Below, piece after piece: positions 35,285-44,836 of a stretch of 64,000 nucleotides of DNA. Every line of letters begins with the position of its first letter. The first letter of the stretch is position 1. Below the pieces are notes generated by a model that did not search any database, was not told the origin of the DNA, and saw only the letters and a list, made by a program, of their open reading frames with translations. Source of the DNA: a virus (taxonomy: Duplodnaviria > Heunggongvirae > Uroviricota > Caudoviricetes); the IMG/VR virus record IMGVR_UViG_3300022752_000033, positions 17,711 through 81,710 of that record. One strand, written 5' to 3'. The translations under genes and the position numbers were made by a program.

Positions 35285-35515
35285 TTATTTTAAAAATTGT
35301 TTTATCACCCCAATATTAACTTTTCCTTCATATATAGTATTTCTTAATATTTCCCCACTATCACCCTTTGTTCCCCTCATTATTTGGAGGTATTCCGGGT
35401 CGTTTGAGTGAAAAATCTCCAACCATACGTCATCTCCGGTTGTCTTTGATACAAAGGAGTTTATATCGGTTGCAATGGTTATAAAACCAAGTTCTTCAAG
35501 TTCTGTGTGTGTCAA
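35285..35515 (-). CDS. hypothetical small protein
   Basis: ORF only. Confidence 0.35.
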   Translation of the reverse strand: MTHTELEELGFITIATDINSFVSKTTGDDVWLEIFHSNDPEYLQIMRGTKGDSGEILRNTIYEGKVNIGVIKQFLK

Positions 35516-35516
35516 T

Positions 35517-35936
35517 TTAATTAGTGGTTTTAATTTTTAATGTGTGCCCTTGTGGTGTATTTGTAATAATTGTTCCTGGTTCAGTAGTTGTGGTACCCCA
35601 TTTAGTTGTAAAAGCCCCATACTTCTTTGGATTTGGAACCATTTTATTTCCCATAACACATCCACATATTCCACTACCTCCATTTGCGGGATTGCAAGGA
35701 CATATTGTTCCGTAAGGGACTTCATCCGGTTCTCCGGTCTGTATTGGTATATCCACTCTAAATCCGGGTGTTGGTATAAACGGATTGGGTATTGGTTCAC
35801 TATTATCCTCCTCATACAAATCTATCACCTTCATAATCTTTTTTTGTAGTGCAATTGTATCTCCTGGCATAACCGCCATTAGATTATCATTATTGATTAC
35901 ATCTTTAATCAGCGTTCTTAATGTTTCTATTTTCAT
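35517..35936 (-). CDS. Cys/Gly-rich small protein
   Basis: CPCNPANGGSGICGCVMGN cluster; the nested ORFs in other frames were rejected. Confidence 0.4.
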   Translation of the reverse strand: MKIETLRTLIKDVINNDNLMAVMPGDTIALQKKIMKVIDLYEEDNSEPIPNPFIPTPGFRVDIPIQTGEPDEVPYGTICPCNPANGGSGICGCVMGNKMVPNPKKYGAFTTKWGTTTTEPGTIITNTPQGHTLKIKTTN

Positions 35937-35937
35937 A

Positions 35938-36216
35938 TTATTTATTTAAGTAGGTTTCTGTATAATAAATGGTTCCTCCCACCTCTACAATATAATAATC
36001 TAATCCGTGTATTGAACGAACTTTATTATCATCAAAGGTTGCAATTGTGTAGTATTCAATATCTCCATGCCTATCTGAGGTTGTATGGTGACTGATAACT
36101 ATACCCTTGTGGGTAACTTCGTGGGTGCAAGTTTTAAAGAATACACAACATGCAGTTATTAATCCAATAATAACTAATACTAATACTGTAGCAGGGTGTC
36201 TAATAAATTTTCTCAT
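35938..36216 (-). CDS. small membrane protein
   Basis: N-terminal transmembrane helix. Confidence 0.4.
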   Translation of the reverse strand: MRKFIRHPATVLVLVIIGLITACCVFFKTCTHEVTHKGIVISHHTTSDRHGDIEYYTIATFDDNKVRSIHGLDYYIVEVGGTIYYTETYLNK

Positions 36217-36220
36217 AATT

Positions 36221-36511
36221 TTATTTTTTTTCAGGTGATTTATAATTTTGTTTTAACCAATCAATAAATGATATTGAGTCCGTAAAAGGCCCACCAAATG
36301 CGGGATATTGTTCTGCGGTATAATCGTGATAGATGTCGTCCCAAATCTTATCATTACATAACGCATTTGTTCCATCAAGTTCCGGATATTCCACATCAAT
36401 ATTAAAATGTTTATAAGCAGGATTTCTCACTTCATCCCACTCTTCTTTTGGCATTTCTTCTAAATTGATTTTTTTCATAACTAATCTTTTTAAAGGTTGT
36501 TTAGTTTTCAA
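36221..36511 (-). CDS. hypothetical small protein
   Basis: ORF only. Confidence 0.4.
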   Translation of the reverse strand: MKTKQPLKRLVMKKINLEEMPKEEWDEVRNPAYKHFNIDVEYPELDGTNALCNDKIWDDIYHDYTAEQYPAFGGPFTDSISFIDWLKQNYKSPEKK

Positions 36512-36649
36512 ACTTATTACATTTTTTACAAATTCTCCGGTTACTTAATCCCGTTATTATCCCAATTCTATCAGGTATATAATTGTGAATACATAATAAA
36601 TGCTGATGAATGAATGTTCTTAATTTAATAATCAAATCTCCCATCATAA

Positions 36650-37303
36650 CTAATCTTTTTTATTTTGTTTAATAAATTCTATATAAGCCTCCATATTACG
36701 AGGTTTCCGGTCTATACCTCTATCATACCCTCTTGTATAAACACGCTTTAGTTCTTCCTCTGTATATAGAGTTTCTTTGGCTTTGTTGTAACCTTTAACA
36801 AATGCTTCTCTTTGTTCTCTATTTATATCATAAGACCCTTCCATAATTGGATGAAATTCTATTGGATATAGTTCTTCAGCCAACTTCTTAACATCATCTT
36901 CTTCTATCTCTTTTAACATCCCATCTATCTTCGGAGAATGATAACTTCTAATTGGGCCTGTCTTCCTCTCTAACCACTCGTGAAATGATTCAGGTGTTTC
37001 ATCTGCCAATATCTTATCAAGTTTAGCTTCTAGCTTCTGTAGGTCTACTTTATTTCCCATTTCCGGTTTTTTTAGTTTCGCATATGAGATGATGTCATCA
37101 TTAGTTCCCCAAAGTTTATTCACTATCTCAAACTCTACTTCACTTCCGTCCGCATCTTCATCTAAGAAGTAATATTTCACATACTCGGGATGTACTGGAA
37201 ATTGTTTGCCGTGTTCTATTATTGTATCACACTCCGGTGTTTCTTCTGAAATAATTCTAACAACCCATTGACCTTTAATTGTTTTTTCTAATTTTCCTTT
37301 CAT
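36650..37303 (-). CDS. hypothetical protein (paralogous N-terminus with 38413..38901)
   Basis: Starts MKGKLEKTIKGQWV, compare MKGILKNTPAGWYV. Conserved start-region DNA TAAAAAAGATTAGTTATGAAAGG. Confidence 0.45.
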   Translation of the reverse strand: MKGKLEKTIKGQWVVRIISEETPECDTIIEHGKQFPVHPEYVKYYFLDEDADGSEVEFEIVNKLWGTNDDIISYAKLKKPEMGNKVDLQKLEAKLDKILADETPESFHEWLERKTGPIRSYHSPKIDGMLKEIEEDDVKKLAEELYPIEFHPIMEGSYDINREQREAFVKGYNKAKETLYTEEELKRVYTRGYDRGIDRKPRNMEAYIEFIKQNKKD

Positions 37304-37400
37304 AACTAATCTTTTTTAGGTTTATAAAATATATCTCTTTCTCCATCTATAAACTCATATATCATTTGTAGTGGATAGAGTATGATTTCTAATATCCTTT

Positions 37401-37577
37401 TCATATTATTTGGTTTTTTTCATTAAAAAGTTCCCTTTCTGATATAACATAGTTGTTCCAATTACTACTATCATTCCAATTAGCACCATTAAATCTACAC
37501 CAAGTTTTATAGTTTGGAAATTTCTTTCTAGTTGTCCTACCTTTTTTTGAAAATATTTTCTTTCTTGGTTTGCTCAT
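37401..37577 (-). CDS. possible small basic ORF (58 aa) in a 276-bp gap
   Basis: ATG at 37577, directly after the upstream stop; below the ORF-track cut-off. Confidence 0.2.
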   Translation of the reverse strand: MSKPRKKIFSKKGRTTRKKFPNYKTWCRFNGANWNDSSNWNNYVISERELFNEKNQII

Positions 37578-37579
37578 AA

Positions 37580-38344
37580 TTAATCTTTTTTAAGTGATTG
37601 GATGATTTCATCCATAAATTCTTTATTTAATGGCTCATTTGAATTATAGTGTATAATAGCCTTAGTCATTGCTTCCCTAACTTGTTCCTCTGTATATCCT
37701 ACACTACCTCTAATATAATCTTTGAATAATTCGTATATCTCACCCGCATCCTCAATAAGTTCTCCTTTATACTTGAATCCCACCTCATCTAATACAATAA
37801 CCGGTTCATTATTTTTTAAACTAAATGTTATTGTATTTGGTTGTGATTCCGAGCTTATAGTAGATGTATACGGATTAGATTCATAAACCAATTCAGTATA
37901 AAGTGATTGGTCTGGTGTATTGATTTTGTAATAACTACCATGCTCAACACAACTATCTCCTAACCCCATATCAACCTCAAATTCCACTAATTTAGTTTCC
38001 ACATACTCACAAGTAGGGTTCTTTATAAACCACTCTAAAAACTCATCCTCAATGGTCTGCACGCCCTCTAATGATTGGTCTGTTGTTAGGATGATTTTTT
38101 TAGAGTTAATGAAATGCCAAGTAAGTTCAGTTATTACTTTGGCCAATAAACCATTGTTATCTATGACCCAATCTCCTTCTTTAATCTCTTCCTCACCGGT
38201 GATATATAGGTGTTGATAATTACTACTTGGTAATATTTTTTCTAAATTAGAATAAGTATCACCATCTAATAGTAATTTATTATTCACTTTATTTAAGAAT
38301 AACCTACTTGGTTTATCCGTCGGCAGTATATGTATATTTTTCAT
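37580..38344 (-). CDS. hypothetical protein
   Basis: ORF only; same conserved start-region DNA motif. Confidence 0.45.
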   Translation of the reverse strand: MKNIHILPTDKPSRLFLNKVNNKLLLDGDTYSNLEKILPSSNYQHLYITGEEEIKEGDWVIDNNGLLAKVITELTWHFINSKKIILTTDQSLEGVQTIEDEFLEWFIKNPTCEYVETKLVEFEVDMGLGDSCVEHGSYYKINTPDQSLYTELVYESNPYTSTISSESQPNTITFSLKNNEPVIVLDEVGFKYKGELIEDAGEIYELFKDYIRGSVGYTEEQVREAMTKAIIHYNSNEPLNKEFMDEIIQSLKKD

Positions 38345-38412
38345 TTTATTTAATTTTTTTATAAAAAAACTTATTGTAATAATCCTACAATCAGTCGTTT
38401 ATTGTAATATTT

Positions 38413-38901
38413 CTACAATTTTTTATGTTGTTTAAACCACTCTTCAAAACTTTCATAAACAGGCGGCATATCTTTTTCAAAAATTAATGCTTGTCTAGAT
38501 TGTTTAAACGCTTCTCTTAAATCTTCCTCTGTATAGCATCTTCGTTCATTCCATTTAGCACCTTTAACCCAAGCCCTTACCTCTACTTTACTTGGTTTCA
38601 TCAATCCTTCTTTATTGTACCAATCTTTCGCGGCTTCTTCAAGTATTTCTTGTTTAAGTTCTTCTTTTGGTATGATTAATTTAGCAAGTTTAATACCTTC
38701 ATCCCCTCCGGTTTCCCAAAAATCCTCAATTTTAAACTCAACTTGTTTACCCTCCACTAACGGAATTATGGGTTGTTTTCCATTAAAATCAAATGTTTCC
38801 TGATATACGGGGATTGAATCATAACCCGATGTTATTTCATCCCTCATTACGCTATACCACACATACCACCCTGCCGGTGTATTTTTTAATATTCCTTTCA
38901 T
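38413..38901 (-). CDS. hypothetical protein
   Basis: ORF only. Confidence 0.45.
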   Translation of the reverse strand: MKGILKNTPAGWYVWYSVMRDEITSGYDSIPVYQETFDFNGKQPIIPLVEGKQVEFKIEDFWETGGDEGIKLAKLIIPKEELKQEILEEAAKDWYNKEGLMKPSKVEVRAWVKGAKWNERRCYTEEDLREAFKQSRQALIFEKDMPPVYESFEEWFKQHKKL

Positions 38902-39121
38902 AATTTAATTAAATTTAGTGGTTAAATACTCAATCATATACTTCGCATAACTAGTTAATAATTCGTGTCCGTCAAACACAAATACCTCAACATTATTATC
39001 AACCGAACGTTGATATTCTTTTTTTAATCTCTGATACGTTGGTAAATCAAAACTAATAGTTCCTGCCATATATTGTCGTTTTAGAATGTAAAAATAGTAA
39101 TAAGGTTTGAAACAAAAAAAT

Positions 39122-40012
39122 TTATTTTATCTCAACATAAAATTCTTCCTTTATCTCACCCCTCAAATCCGCCAAATCCTTATCCTCCGGTAGTTTAACC
39201 AACTTAACCCGATTATATAAAACACCACCATTTAATGTGTGATATAACTTTAACGCATTACTATAAGCATCCGCATCCAAACATATAATAACATTACCCT
39301 TCGCCTTCTCATATATGGTTGAAAATAATAAGTCAGACATAAACTTCCCAAGCATTGGGATTGAATTCTCAACAAATACACTATCAAACACCCCCTCAAC
39401 CAAGAATATATCTTTATCCCAATCAATCAATCTCTCATTAAAAATAATTTCATCTTTGGATGCTACTGGATTCTTATACTTCATCTTCGCTCTCGGATTC
39501 CAAGAACGAGCAATAAAATAATTAACCTTACCATCCTTATCATAAGATGGTATGATTATTCTACCCTGAAAATCCCCCGTCGTGGTGAGCCCGATATTAC
39601 ACCTCTCACACATCTCATCAGTTATTCCACGACTTTTTAAATAATTAAACGCCTCCTTATGTGGGGGGTATACCGGGCTCGCTTCCAATACTTTTGTATA
39701 ACCTTGCGGCAATCTTAATATGTTCTTTTTCTTCTCCTCAACCTTGAATTCATCGGGGCGGATTAGAAGATATGTTTTCTTTAATTTCTTATTCCCGTAG
39801 TCATCAAACAACTTACCGAGAGGGCCTGATATATTACAGCTCCAACAATGAAAAATGCACTTTTCCAAATTAATCTCCAAATTACCCTTACCTCTACCTT
39901 CGTCACATTCCACGCAGTCATAGGAAAATTGCAAATGAGAATCATATGATTTCCTCGGCTCCCCAAGGACTTCCTCAATTAACTCCAATATAACTTCTAT
40001 TTCATCTGACAT
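39122..40012 (-). CDS. DNA primase (zinc-ribbon + TOPRIM, DnaG/T4 gp61-like)
   Basis: CVECDEGRGKG...CIFHCWSC zinc-binding N-terminus; TOPRIM glutamate (FLVEGVFDSVF) and DxD (ICLDADAYS). Confidence 0.6.
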   Translation of the reverse strand: MSDEIEVILELIEEVLGEPRKSYDSHLQFSYDCVECDEGRGKGNLEINLEKCIFHCWSCNISGPLGKLFDDYGNKKLKKTYLLIRPDEFKVEEKKKNILRLPQGYTKVLEASPVYPPHKEAFNYLKSRGITDEMCERCNIGLTTTGDFQGRIIIPSYDKDGKVNYFIARSWNPRAKMKYKNPVASKDEIIFNERLIDWDKDIFLVEGVFDSVFVENSIPMLGKFMSDLLFSTIYEKAKGNVIICLDADAYSNALKLYHTLNGGVLYNRVKLVKLPEDKDLADLRGEIKEEFYVEIK

Positions 40013-40021
40013 AATACAATA

Positions 40022-40483
40022 TTAACAAATTTCAAACGCATCGTGAACTACCTTTTTCAAAGATTTTGCATCTTGGTTATTACCAATCACCGCACCATTC
40101 TTCAAGGTAAATGCGTGTCCCCTAACAATGATGATATAAGTCCCGGTTGGATACTTTTTGATAAACTGATTAAGTGTAGTTCTTTTAACCTTATGAGTCA
40201 CTTTATCAATCGTTCTCAAGTCACCAATACCCTTGATTGACTTACCACTGAAAGTTTGACCGAGTGAATACATAGTCGCCAATTTACAAGAAACAAACAT
40301 TGTTCCTTTTCTATTTTGTCTATTAAACTTTTCTTTAACCCAAGTATGAGCTTCGTCATATGGGATTTCATAAGCGGATGCTACGGCTCTTACGAAACAA
40401 TCGTTAGTTTCGTTTTTAGCAATTACAGATTCTGTGTAGCCAATAATTCCTTCTGTTCGGTTGATGTATGGTAGTTGTTTCAT
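40022..40483 (-). CDS. putative papain-fold cysteine peptidase-like protein
   Basis: Candidate catalytic Cys (ETNDCFVRAVASAY) and His (VRGHAFTLKNG) about 100 aa apart, the order expected for NlpC/P60 or CHAP-type folds. Confidence 0.25.
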   Translation of the reverse strand: MKQLPYINRTEGIIGYTESVIAKNETNDCFVRAVASAYEIPYDEAHTWVKEKFNRQNRKGTMFVSCKLATMYSLGQTFSGKSIKGIGDLRTIDKVTHKVKRTTLNQFIKKYPTGTYIIIVRGHAFTLKNGAVIGNNQDAKSLKKVVHDAFEIC

Positions 40484-40525
40484 AATGTAAAGGTATATAA
40501 TAGTTGTGAGACTGCCAAATTTATT

Positions 40526-40867
40526 TTATAAACTTCTTGTCATCCAATTACATATGGCATTAGACATAGATACATTCTCCTTCGACATATCAACAATTTC
40601 ATCATATGTCTTAACCAAAACACTACCATATGAATCAATTTTGTTATTTGGATTGTTGGTATACACATCCACAATCCCGTTGTCCCCATAATACTCATTA
40701 CATAAGTCCTGAACGGAGAACTCATTTTTGTGGTGCATCCAACGAACGGAACCATAACACCTTAAACAAGTTACATATAAAAACCCATCGGAGGTGTCTA
40801 ATATCTCCTGATAAAGTTTGTCAGCATATTCCTTAGCGTGTTGATATTTTTGAATTAATTTTTCCAT
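40526..40867 (-). CDS. hypothetical protein
   Basis: ORF only. Confidence 0.4.
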   Translation of the reverse strand: MEKLIQKYQHAKEYADKLYQEILDTSDGFLYVTCLRCYGSVRWMHHKNEFSVQDLCNEYYGDNGIVDVYTNNPNNKIDSYGSVLVKTYDEIVDMSKENVSMSNAICNWMTRSL

Positions 40868-41118
40868 ACAACAAATTTATAAATTTTTTTTTAATATGCC
40901 AAATTATTTTTTTGATTCAAACGTATCGGTAAACACCGCAACGTATATAAATGCGATATATAGTAAATACAGAAAAATCATATTGGTAAAACCAATTAGA
41001 TTTTCCGGTTCACTATTAAGTGTAAGACCAATAATTAATAAGATTGTTGCGATGGTAGCAAGTAGTAACTTTTTCATATTTTTACATTTAGGGTGTAAAG
41101 ATAATGAAAAAAATTAAA

Positions 41119-41799
41119 TTACCAAATGTTTTTATTTTTCTTTAAATTATCTTCCGCCCATAATGGTTGAAGATTTGTGTAGTGACATAGATTATATATT
41201 TCTTCTTCTGTTTTTGCGGAAGATAATGGAATAATGTGGTCTATATGAATATATTCCCCTATTTTTTCCCAACACATTCCTTCTGTAAATTTTTTTTCAA
41301 TATGTTCTTTTAATTCTTGTGGGGTACACCCTATAATCTCAAAAGTTTTATTCCTTTTTGTTATATTTTTTGTCTTCATAAAGGAATATATCCTGCATCT
41401 AACAATATGTGAGAGTTTAAATAATGGGTCGGTTTTTTTTCTACTATTATGATATTCATTTGTTTTTTTTAAATTATTTTTTCTCCAAATTTTTAAATAC
41501 TCTCTATTTTTTTCTTTATTTTTTTCATTATATTCTTTTTTTCTTTCTTTAATTTTTTCATTATTTTCATAATAATATTTTTTTATATTGTGTTTTATTT
41601 TATCCATATTTTCATAATAATATTTTTTTCTATTATCCAAAACATCTTTTTTTTCTTTAACTTTTTCCCAATATTTTTTAGAATATTCTTTACGACACGA
41701 CCGACATTCGTATCTATGTCCGGTTTTTGATGATTTTTTAGGTTCAAACTCACAAATGTTTTTCTCTTCTTTACATTTATAACAAATCTTTTTTTCCAT
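41119..41799 (-). CDS. HNH endonuclease with N-terminal zinc finger (homing-endonuclease-like)
   Basis: C-terminal HIDHIIPLS ... NLCHYTNLQPLWAEDNLKK (HNH ββα-Me motif); N-terminal CYKCKEEKNIC ... ECRSCRKEY. Confidence 0.65.
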   Translation of the reverse strand: MEKKICYKCKEEKNICEFEPKKSSKTGHRYECRSCRKEYSKKYWEKVKEKKDVLDNRKKYYYENMDKIKHNIKKYYYENNEKIKERKKEYNEKNKEKNREYLKIWRKNNLKKTNEYHNSRKKTDPLFKLSHIVRCRIYSFMKTKNITKRNKTFEIIGCTPQELKEHIEKKFTEGMCWEKIGEYIHIDHIIPLSSAKTEEEIYNLCHYTNLQPLWAEDNLKKNKNIW

Positions 41800-41939
41800 T
41801 AAAATACTCTTTTAATAATTTATTTGTTAATGAGGAAAGATTAATATGGTTTTTTCTTATTATTTTTTCAATATCAGGGTCAATTGTGACCGACATTCTA
41901 ATTTTTTTTTCTTCTTCATCTATTTTCTTTCTTCCCATA
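41775..41939 (-). CDS. small ribbon-helix-helix (CopG/Arc-like) DNA-binding protein, 54 aa
   Basis: KKIRMSVTIDPDIEKIIRKNHINLSSLTNKLLKEY: β-strand followed by two helices. The stop overlaps the HNH gene start. Below the ORF-track cut-off. Confidence 0.35.
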
Positions 41940-41994
41940 TATATAAATATCTTGTTTTATGTAAAAGTATCATTTTTTAAGTAAAAAAATTTGA

Positions 41995-42591
41995 TTACCA
42001 AATTTTATTCATTTTCATATATGCTAGGGCACATACATAGCTATCACTCATATCAAAGTTTTCTTTTTTAAGTGTATTGTTTTTTGTGTAAAGCCAATTA
42101 ATTTGGGGTTCTCTCTTGGCAACTTGTTCCCACACCAACATTTTTTTATCTATATCTTTTGGATATCCGCCAAATAAAACAAATTTACCTTTATCGTTTT
42201 CCTTCACAAAAAACGGAAATGCGAATTTTCTTGAATTGTAAGTCGTTATCAGTTCCGGAATAACCCCTAATACATCATAGACCTCTTTACAAATAAGAGT
42301 ATTATAACGCATGAGAGTTCCTACCGTGTAAACATTATTTGACCCTAAAAGGGGTTCTTCAATAACCACAGTAGTTATTCCAAGACCAACATAAGACTTA
42401 ATTTTTTCTCTAAAAACTTCAGCCTTTAACATTAGTTCGTGAATCTTATTTTCCGTTTTAACTTTCGGTGAGATGTGAGTTAATTCAAGTAAGTTTTTTG
42501 AATCAATGTCAAATAAACAAATACCTATACATTTTGTACTCACGTCTAACCCAAGTATTTTAGGTGAATCTTCCTTTATATCTTTCTTCAT
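41995..42591 (-). CDS. RuvC-like Holliday-junction resolvase
   Basis: N-terminal ILGLDVSTKCIGICLFD (RuvC/RNase H-fold first catalytic Asp motif); about 200 aa. Confidence 0.5.
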   Translation of the reverse strand: MKKDIKEDSPKILGLDVSTKCIGICLFDIDSKNLLELTHISPKVKTENKIHELMLKAEVFREKIKSYVGLGITTVVIEEPLLGSNNVYTVGTLMRYNTLICKEVYDVLGVIPELITTYNSRKFAFPFFVKENDKGKFVLFGGYPKDIDKKMLVWEQVAKREPQINWLYTKNNTLKKENFDMSDSYVCALAYMKMNKIW

Positions 42592-42618
42592 ATTATTTTA
42601 AATAATCATACAGAATTA

Positions 42619-44796
42619 TTAGAAGTCAAGTTTTACCACTATTTGTTGTATACCTTGTCTCAATTCCGGTGATTGCATTTTTGATAAAACTAATAATTCT
42701 TTCTCCTCATTAAATAAACCCACCTCAGTAAAATATGAAGTCGTTCCAGAAGTCCATGTTGGATTTGTTGTGTTAGTAAATTGATTTCTACCTAACGTAA
42801 CCAAAAATTTCATTTCATATATCGTTGCGGTTATGTCAGTTTCAATATTACCATAAAAATAATACTCATCCCCAAAATTTAAAATGTCCGGTGAATTATT
42901 TGGGGTTAAATCAATATAGGTTGATAAGTCATATGTTGTCGCCGCGTTATAATCCGCGTCGGTTATTTGGAATGTTGTGCCCGTAATACCACTCATGGTT
43001 AAAAATCCATTAACCGTTGAAGCACTTAACTTACTTGTTACGTCGATTTGTTTCCATGCGGTTGGGTCAGGTCTTAAATTATCATTTCTCTTTTGACAAA
43101 TTATTTTCATTCTATTTGTAGAGAATCCTGATAATCCACCCTGATTCATATATGGGAATTCATCACCAAACCTTATTGCAACATTTTGTGATGTTAAAGT
43201 ACATCCCGTATCAGGCCCAATAATTGATGTATAATAATTACAATGTAACGAATTCGTATATCCCGTTGGGTCTAATCTATACGTTACCCACATTGTTTGG
43301 TTTGACCCTGTTAACACTCCAACTCCGGCTTCATTTCCCGTACAAATATTGGGAGTTATAAGTGATAATTGTGGTGCAGGTAAAGTCCAATTTCTATTTG
43401 ACTTATATGATAATGCCGCAACCAACTCTTCATCATCAATAACGATTATTTGCTGGTCGGGAAATACTTTACCAACACGATTAACATTACCGTTTGAATC
43501 CGGAATATTATCGTATAATTGGAAATATCTAATCCCGGGGTCGTTCATATCTAAATTAACTTTAGATTTGATATAGTATGGTACACATAAATTATTATAA
43601 ACCGTAGAATCAATATAAAAATCTGCACCTATTGTTGTTCCCGTTGATTTATGCCACATAACAGTTGGCATACTTATTTTAAAATGTGTCGCCTGACCTG
43701 TGATGTTTGTTGGATTCTGTGGGTCAAATGGTATTGTTGCAAATTTTTCACCATAAACAAAATCTATATCTTGATTCGTATAATGAATAATTGCAATTGC
43801 TTTTTGGTCTTCAGGTTTAACGGTTATTTTATCGTCAAATGAGTTGTAATAAAAAACACCACCAGTATCAGTTTGTCCCGCAGATTCGTTATACCCCAAA
43901 TATTCTTTCGTTCCAATATATCCAACGGAGCCAAAATTTCTGTAATCTTCATACGTAGATGAGAATAGTCCCGCAGGATTCTCAGTCCAAGGAATATTCA
44001 TATTCCAAACCAAAGTATTTTCTCTATTAATAACATCACAAGGTGATTCAAAATTTAATGTATCCGTTTGCCAATATGGTTCCGGAGTAATTGTATCATA
44101 CAATTCAGTCATTCCTGACGGATATATATAAGCTCTACCAAACTTATTACTTAACGTTAGTGCCGTATAGTTTGGAACTTTCCTATCTAAAGTAACATTA
44201 TAGTTCGCCCCGTTTTGAGTAACACTTTGAATTTTATAAGTTAAAACCGGAACGTTTCCAATACTACTACAATCACCAACTCCATCATAATAAATTGTAA
44301 TAAAGTGGTTAACTTGCGGAGTTCCCGTAGACGTACTACAAAAATTATTAAAAATTGTTATTGTTGTTTGTCCCGATAAAGTTGACATATCAACTCTATA
44401 GTTTGACGTTACGGTATATGCAGAACTATTTTGAACGGTTGGATTTGTTGTTCCCGTATTAAAAAATCCTCTTGCAGTTGCAGTATTATACACTTCGTCA
44501 GCACCACTATTTTCATATGGTATACCATACGTATTTCCTTCCGTACCATCCAAATAATATGGATATTTTATATTTTGTTTGTTATTACCTTCAGGAGTAT
44601 CATTTTGGGCGTTAAACGCCGGCATCAAAATATTATTATTTGTTTGAGTATAATTGGTTACCGCAGAATACGTAACCTCACTATCTCCAACTTGGAAGTA
44701 TTTAATGTTAAAATTTCCTTGTGATAATCTTCTTCTACCAACATCCGTCATTCTCGTATTGATAAGTGCGGAAGTATTTTTTATAATGTATGACAT
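42619..44796 (-). CDS. virion structural protein (725 aa)
   Basis: Large Asn/Thr/Tyr-rich β-rich protein heading the structural block; no enzymatic motif. Confidence 0.45.
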   Translation of the reverse strand: MSYIIKNTSALINTRMTDVGRRRLSQGNFNIKYFQVGDSEVTYSAVTNYTQTNNNILMPAFNAQNDTPEGNNKQNIKYPYYLDGTEGNTYGIPYENSGADEVYNTATARGFFNTGTTNPTVQNSSAYTVTSNYRVDMSTLSGQTTITIFNNFCSTSTGTPQVNHFITIYYDGVGDCSSIGNVPVLTYKIQSVTQNGANYNVTLDRKVPNYTALTLSNKFGRAYIYPSGMTELYDTITPEPYWQTDTLNFESPCDVINRENTLVWNMNIPWTENPAGLFSSTYEDYRNFGSVGYIGTKEYLGYNESAGQTDTGGVFYYNSFDDKITVKPEDQKAIAIIHYTNQDIDFVYGEKFATIPFDPQNPTNITGQATHFKISMPTVMWHKSTGTTIGADFYIDSTVYNNLCVPYYIKSKVNLDMNDPGIRYFQLYDNIPDSNGNVNRVGKVFPDQQIIVIDDEELVAALSYKSNRNWTLPAPQLSLITPNICTGNEAGVGVLTGSNQTMWVTYRLDPTGYTNSLHCNYYTSIIGPDTGCTLTSQNVAIRFGDEFPYMNQGGLSGFSTNRMKIICQKRNDNLRPDPTAWKQIDVTSKLSASTVNGFLTMSGITGTTFQITDADYNAATTYDLSTYIDLTPNNSPDILNFGDEYYFYGNIETDITATIYEMKFLVTLGRNQFTNTTNPTWTSGTTSYFTEVGLFNEEKELLVLSKMQSPELRQGIQQIVVKLDF

Positions 44797-44836
44797 ATTT
44801 TATAAATATGGTTGTTTTATTTTTAATTTAAATATT

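Noticed and set aside
42619-44796. Calling the 725-aa protein a tail sheath
   Set aside because: Only vague compositional resemblance; no conserved sheath motif I can point to. Left as a generic structural protein.
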